Below are positions 59,437 to 62,804 of a stretch of 62,804 nucleotides of DNA, one piece after another. How positions within the stretch are numbered: position 1 is the first letter of the stretch; every line of letters begins with the position of its first letter. The stretch comes from Acidobacteriota bacterium (GTDB lineage: Bacteria > Acidobacteriota > Terriglobia > Terriglobales > SCQP01), in NCBI GenBank assembly GCA_027451805.1, contig DAIDIF010000263.1, positions 1-62,804 of the forward strand, in the 5' to 3' direction. A program made the translations under genes and the position numbers. Under the pieces are notes generated by a model that made no database searches, was not told the origin of the DNA, and worked only from the letters and a program-made list of their open reading frames with translations.

Positions 59437-60675
59437 TCAGTCGAGGTGCTGACGCAATAGATTCAGCGCGGCCTGCACAGCGCCGCGGCGGATCATCCCG
59501 CGCTCGCCGAAGAAGCGATAGCGGCGCGCGCGAGCGGGAGACGCGGGGCCGCACAGGCCGATGAAGACCGTACCCACCGGCTTATGCCGCCGGGCGCCGC
59601 CGGGGCCGGCAATTCCGGTTATGCCGACGCCCCAGTCCGCGCCCAAGCGTTGGCGAGCGCCGCGAGCGAGTTGGCGAGCGATCACGGCGCTGACGGCGCC
59701 CTGAGCGGCGAGCGCCGACGGCTCGACGCCGGCCAGTGTCACCTTGAGGTCGTTGCTGTAGCAGACCACGCCGCCGCGGAAGAAGAGGGAGCTGCCGGGC
59801 TCATCGGTAAGGGCGGCGGCCAGCGCACCGCCGGTGCAGCTTTCCGCAACGGCCACGGTTTGACCGCGGGCAGCCAGCGCGGCGCCGACGACCTCGGCCA
59901 ACGAGTGCCCTTCGCGGCTGAACACCGCCTTGCCCAAGCGGCGCTCAACGCGCCGTGCCAGTGTATCCGCCAGCACCTGCGCCCGCTGGCGGGTGGTTGC
60001 GCGGGCGCGGAAGTGCAGCTCCACATGCGGGGTGGCCACGGCCAGGATGGTGGTGGAGGGGTTGGCGACGCGGCGATAGAGCGGCGCCGCCCGGCGGTCC
60101 ACCTCGGATTCGGGCAGGCCGGTAACGCTGAGTACGCGGCTGGCCAATGCCGCCGGCGGGGCGAGACGGCGCAGACGGGGGCGTACCTGGGCGGCAAACA
60201 TGGGCTGCAGCTCGCCGGGCGGGCCGGGCAGCAGAATGAGGCAGCCGCGCGCCGTGGGGCACCACTGGCCGAGGGCGCTGCCGACGCGATTGGCCAGCCA
60301 GCGGGCGGGCTGCAGGCGCAGAGTCTGGCGCAAATCGGCGGCATAAAGACGCCGACCGCGGCGATGAACGCGCAGGCGCAGCCGACGCTCCGCTCGCGGA
60401 TCCAGCACCAGGGGCAAGCGCAGGGCACGCGCGGCGGCGGCCACCGTGCGGTCATCCTCGGTGGGACCGAGACCGCCGGTGCAAATCACCACCTCGGCGC
60501 GCCGGCATGCGGCCGCCAGGCAGGCAGCCAGTTCGCGCACGTCATCGGGCAGCACGGCCTTGCGTTGCAAGGGAATGCCGAGATCGGCCAGTTCGCCGGC
60601 GAGGTAGAGCGAGTTGGTATCCGTGCGCTGCGCGCCCAACAGCTCGGCGCCAATGGCGATGATCTCAGCGCGCAT
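59437..60675 (-). CDS. cinA: Competence/damage-inducible protein A (MoCF-like plus PncC domains)
   Basis: IIAIGAELL...DTN, TGGLGPTEDD.T, LPGPP.E, AVAESCTGG, GGVVCYSN and GITGIAGP.G. Start overlaps the upstream stop. Confidence 0.92.
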   Translation of the reverse strand: MRAEIIAIGAELLGAQRTDTNSLYLAGELADLGIPLQRKAVLPDDVRELAACLAAACRRAEVVICTGGLGPTEDDRTVAAAARALRLPLVLDPRAERRLRLRVHRRGRRLYAADLRQTLRLQPARWLANRVGSALGQWCPTARGCLILLPGPPGELQPMFAAQVRPRLRRLAPPAALASRVLSVTGLPESEVDRRAAPLYRRVANPSTTILAVATPHVELHFRARATTRQRAQVLADTLARRVERRLGKAVFSREGHSLAEVVGAALAARGQTVAVAESCTGGALAAALTDEPGSSLFFRGGVVCYSNDLKVTLAGVEPSALAAQGAVSAVIARQLARGARQRLGADWGVGITGIAGPGGARRHKPVGTVFIGLCGPASPARARRYRFFGERGMIRRGAVQAALNLLRQHLD

Positions 60676-61727
60676 CAAACCGCGGCCGCAGGCGGCAGTG
60701 GCAAGCCGGGGACCGGCCACGCCAGGCTGTAGAGGGCGTTGTGGGTTGCAAGAATGAGCGCCGCAGGGTGGGAACCGCCGCGCGCGCGGGAGGCAAAGGC
60801 CAAGCCGACGAGGTTGTTGCCGCTGACCACGCATTCGGCGCGGCCGTCGGAGCCGATGCGCACCACGCCGCGGCGCCCCTGGTAGGATGCCACGGCGCAC
60901 AGGCGGCCAGCGGCATCGAAGGCGATGCCTTGCGGACGGCCGAGGCCGCGGAAAAAAGGCGTCACGCGGCCCGTGGGGCTGATGCGCCAGATCGTATCGT
61001 AGCTGGAGGTGCTGGGGCCGGAGACGTAGAGGTAATGGTCGGGGCCAAAAGCGAGGTGGTAGGCGGCGACACTGGGCTCGAGCGTGGCGAAGACGAACGT
61101 ATTGCGTTGGGCATCGATCTTGAAGACGGTGCCGCTGCGATCGCCGGCATACAGATCACCGGCGGCGTCGAACGCAATCCCGGTCGCGATGCCCAGACCC
61201 TCGGCGACCAAGGTGGCGGCGCCGTTGGCGGACAGACGATAGACGGAGCCGTCATGGCGGCTGGAGGCAAAGAGGCTGCCGGAGCGGTCGAAAGCCAGCC
61301 CGCTGGGGTTAATGATAGCGCTGCTCCAGGCCTTGAGCACGAAATTCTCGTCGAGCTTGTAAATGCTGACCGGCGTCTTCTGCCCCCGGACTCCGCTGAG
61401 CGTGGCAAAAATATTGCCCTCGGCGTCGATCGCGGGATTGCACACCGGGTGGAGGTGTTCGGCGATCAGCACGCCAACTTCCAGTGCCGGGCCGCGGGAG
61501 GCGCCGCCACCGGCGATCTCGACCGGGCCAGAGACGGCGCTGTCGGGCACCCGCGCCACCACCAAGCGGGGGGTGGCCACCGTGACCGCGGCAGCGGCGC
61601 CGGTGATGCGCACCTCCGGGGCGACGCCCGCGGCAGCCAACTGGCGGCCGCGGATGCGGATTTCGCCGCCGGGGAGCACCGCCTCCGGGTCCAGGCTTTC
61701 GACGAATGCGGTTCCGTGCAACGGCAT
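60675..61727 (-). CDS. IPT/TIG domain plus NHL/SMP-30 gluconolactonase-like beta-propeller protein
   Basis: N-terminal PGGEIRIRG...VARVP...SGPV (IPT-like), then repeats NPSGLAFD, TGIAFD, HLAFG and PQGIAFD. ATG 61727 preferred. Confidence 0.78.
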   Translation of the reverse strand: MPLHGTAFVESLDPEAVLPGGEIRIRGRQLAAAGVAPEVRITGAAAAVTVATPRLVVARVPDSAVSGPVEIAGGGASRGPALEVGVLIAEHLHPVCNPAIDAEGNIFATLSGVRGQKTPVSIYKLDENFVLKAWSSAIINPSGLAFDRSGSLFASSRHDGSVYRLSANGAATLVAEGLGIATGIAFDAAGDLYAGDRSGTVFKIDAQRNTFVFATLEPSVAAYHLAFGPDHYLYVSGPSTSSYDTIWRISPTGRVTPFFRGLGRPQGIAFDAAGRLCAVASYQGRRGVVRIGSDGRAECVVSGNNLVGLAFASRARGGSHPAALILATHNALYSLAWPVPGLPLPPAAAV

Positions 61728-62051
61728 GGCAGCTCTTGCGCCTAGGATAACAAACGCGGCAGCAGCAAGGCGACCGCGGCGCACCCGCCCTGCACAGGGC
61801 CCGCCGAGGCCGGCGCCGCGCCCGCGGCGCCGGCGCGGTGATCGAGACCGGGGCAACCACCCGGCGCCGGGATCCACCGGCTTGGGGGCAGCGGCGACGG
61901 GCGCGGCCATGCCCACGCCCGCGGCTGCCTCCATACCCGCATGGCGTGAGGTTTTTGCAACACAAAAGTGATCGGCTCGGGGACCAACCTAAGTGGCTGC
62001 GCCAAGACTCTTGTCAGTATCGCCGCTGGGGGGGCACTCAGGGTCATGTCC

Positions 62052-62318
62052 ATGGGGCGGATGGCAATCGAGGGCGCACCGGGCACCTACATCTCCGGCG
62101 CGCGGGCGCGGTGGCTACTGCAGGCCCGCCGGGCGCAGATCGCGGCGCCGGGAATCCTGCGCCTGCTGGACGGCGCCGGCGGCAGCACACGCTCCCCGAG
62201 CGGCGAACTGGGCGCGGCCTGGAGCGCATACTCCAGCGCCGGTGCGAGCAACTGCAGCGGCCAGCGCTGCCTGAAGGGCTACCGCATGAACGGCGGCGCG
62301 GTGAACCGCGCCCGCTAG
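62052..62318 (+). CDS. Small hypothetical protein
   Basis: Open frame MGRMAIEGAPGTYISGARARWLL..., with no family confidently recognised. Confidence 0.4.
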   Translation: MGRMAIEGAPGTYISGARARWLLQARRAQIAAPGILRLLDGAGGSTRSPSGELGAAWSAYSSAGASNCSGQRCLKGYRMNGGAVNRAR

Positions 62319-62506
62319 CCACAGACATGCATTGCTTTCACCTCGGAAATGTGGCGCGCCGCGGCGGCAACCTTTGCCGGCAATTGCGAGTCAGATAGCG
62401 CGTCACATGCAAGACACCGGCGGCGCGGCCGCCGGCCGGGCAGCCCGCCGGAACCGCGGGTGCGGCAAGGCGCAGAGCGGCGGCGGCGCGCCTTTTCAAC
62501 TCCATC

Positions 62507-62804
62507 ATGATGCGAGCATGTTCCATGGGCACGAGGGCGGCGGTAGCGATCGCCCTGGCGGCGCTGGCGCCCGCGGCCTGGGCGGGGCCGCTCACCGGTA
62601 AATTCGTTCTGCCCACCGCGGGGCCGGTGGCCAACGGGACGCTGCTGCTGACGCTGAGCCAGCAGGGCGTGACCAGCCTGCCCGGCTATGCCGTGGTGCC
62701 GCAGACGGTGGACTGCTACACCTCGACCGACGGCAGCGTGGTGGGGGTGCCGAACCCGAAGCTGGGGCCGGGCGGCAGCGCCTTCGACGCCATCGGCACG
62801 CTGC
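62507..62804 (+). CDS. Secreted hypothetical protein, 3'-truncated by the window edge
   Basis: Frame from ATG 62507 (or 62525) reads ...MGTRAAVAIALAALAPAAWA-GPLTGKFVLPTAGPVANGTLLLTLSQQG...CYTSTDGSVVGVPNP with no stop. It has a clear signal peptide and is absent from the ORF track. Confidence 0.7.
   Translation, partial: MMRACSMGTRAAVAIALAALAPAAWAGPLTGKFVLPTAGPVANGTLLLTLSQQGVTSLPGYAVVPQTVDCYTSTDGSVVGVPNPKLGPGGSAFDAIGTL

Noticed and set aside
61728-61934. 69-codon N-terminal extension of the IPT/propeller gene
   Set aside because: The extension is Arg/Gly-rich, as is typical of non-coding GC DNA, and a TGtTATCCT box lies within it 16 nt before ATG 61727.
62338-62634. 98-aa minus-strand ORF
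   Set aside because: It overlaps the better-supported plus-strand signal-peptide ORF and has no recognisable features.

Overview
A 62.8 kb, high-GC chromosomal window with a gene complement typical of Acidobacteriota (two ADOP-type orphan permeases, two VPS10/BNR proteins, fused E1 alpha/beta dehydrogenase). The phylum call is inference. Most of it is housekeeping: the end of the nuo operon, miaB, queF, sucCD-ndk, a peptidoglycan-recycling block (AmiE-like/NamZ fusion, murQ, nagA, murA), bamD, ispF, tmRNA, slt, tRNA-Gly(GCC), split trp genes, a gnd-pgl-adh-trpD-fadNAE run, glgB/GH57, a LytTR regulator, mntH and cinA. I saw no integrase, transposase, CRISPR array or rRNA gene. The standout is an unannotated unit of about 200 nt between slt and tRNA-Gly (about 38550-38790). 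It has a promoter-like element, a 17-nt stretch complementary to the whole 3' tail of 16S rRNA (far beyond a normal Shine-Dalgarno), a 19-codon GTG-start ORF, several hairpins and a strong intrinsic terminator. Other points of interest: at least six genes look leaderless, both ADOP permease genes share an ECF-type GAAC-N17-CGTA promoter, a SAM methyltransferase carries a lipoprotein signal, a pseudo-receiver has Cys at the phospho-Asp position, and a proline-racemase homolog has a Ser/Cys dyad. All motifs and counts were read by eye; no database searches were run.
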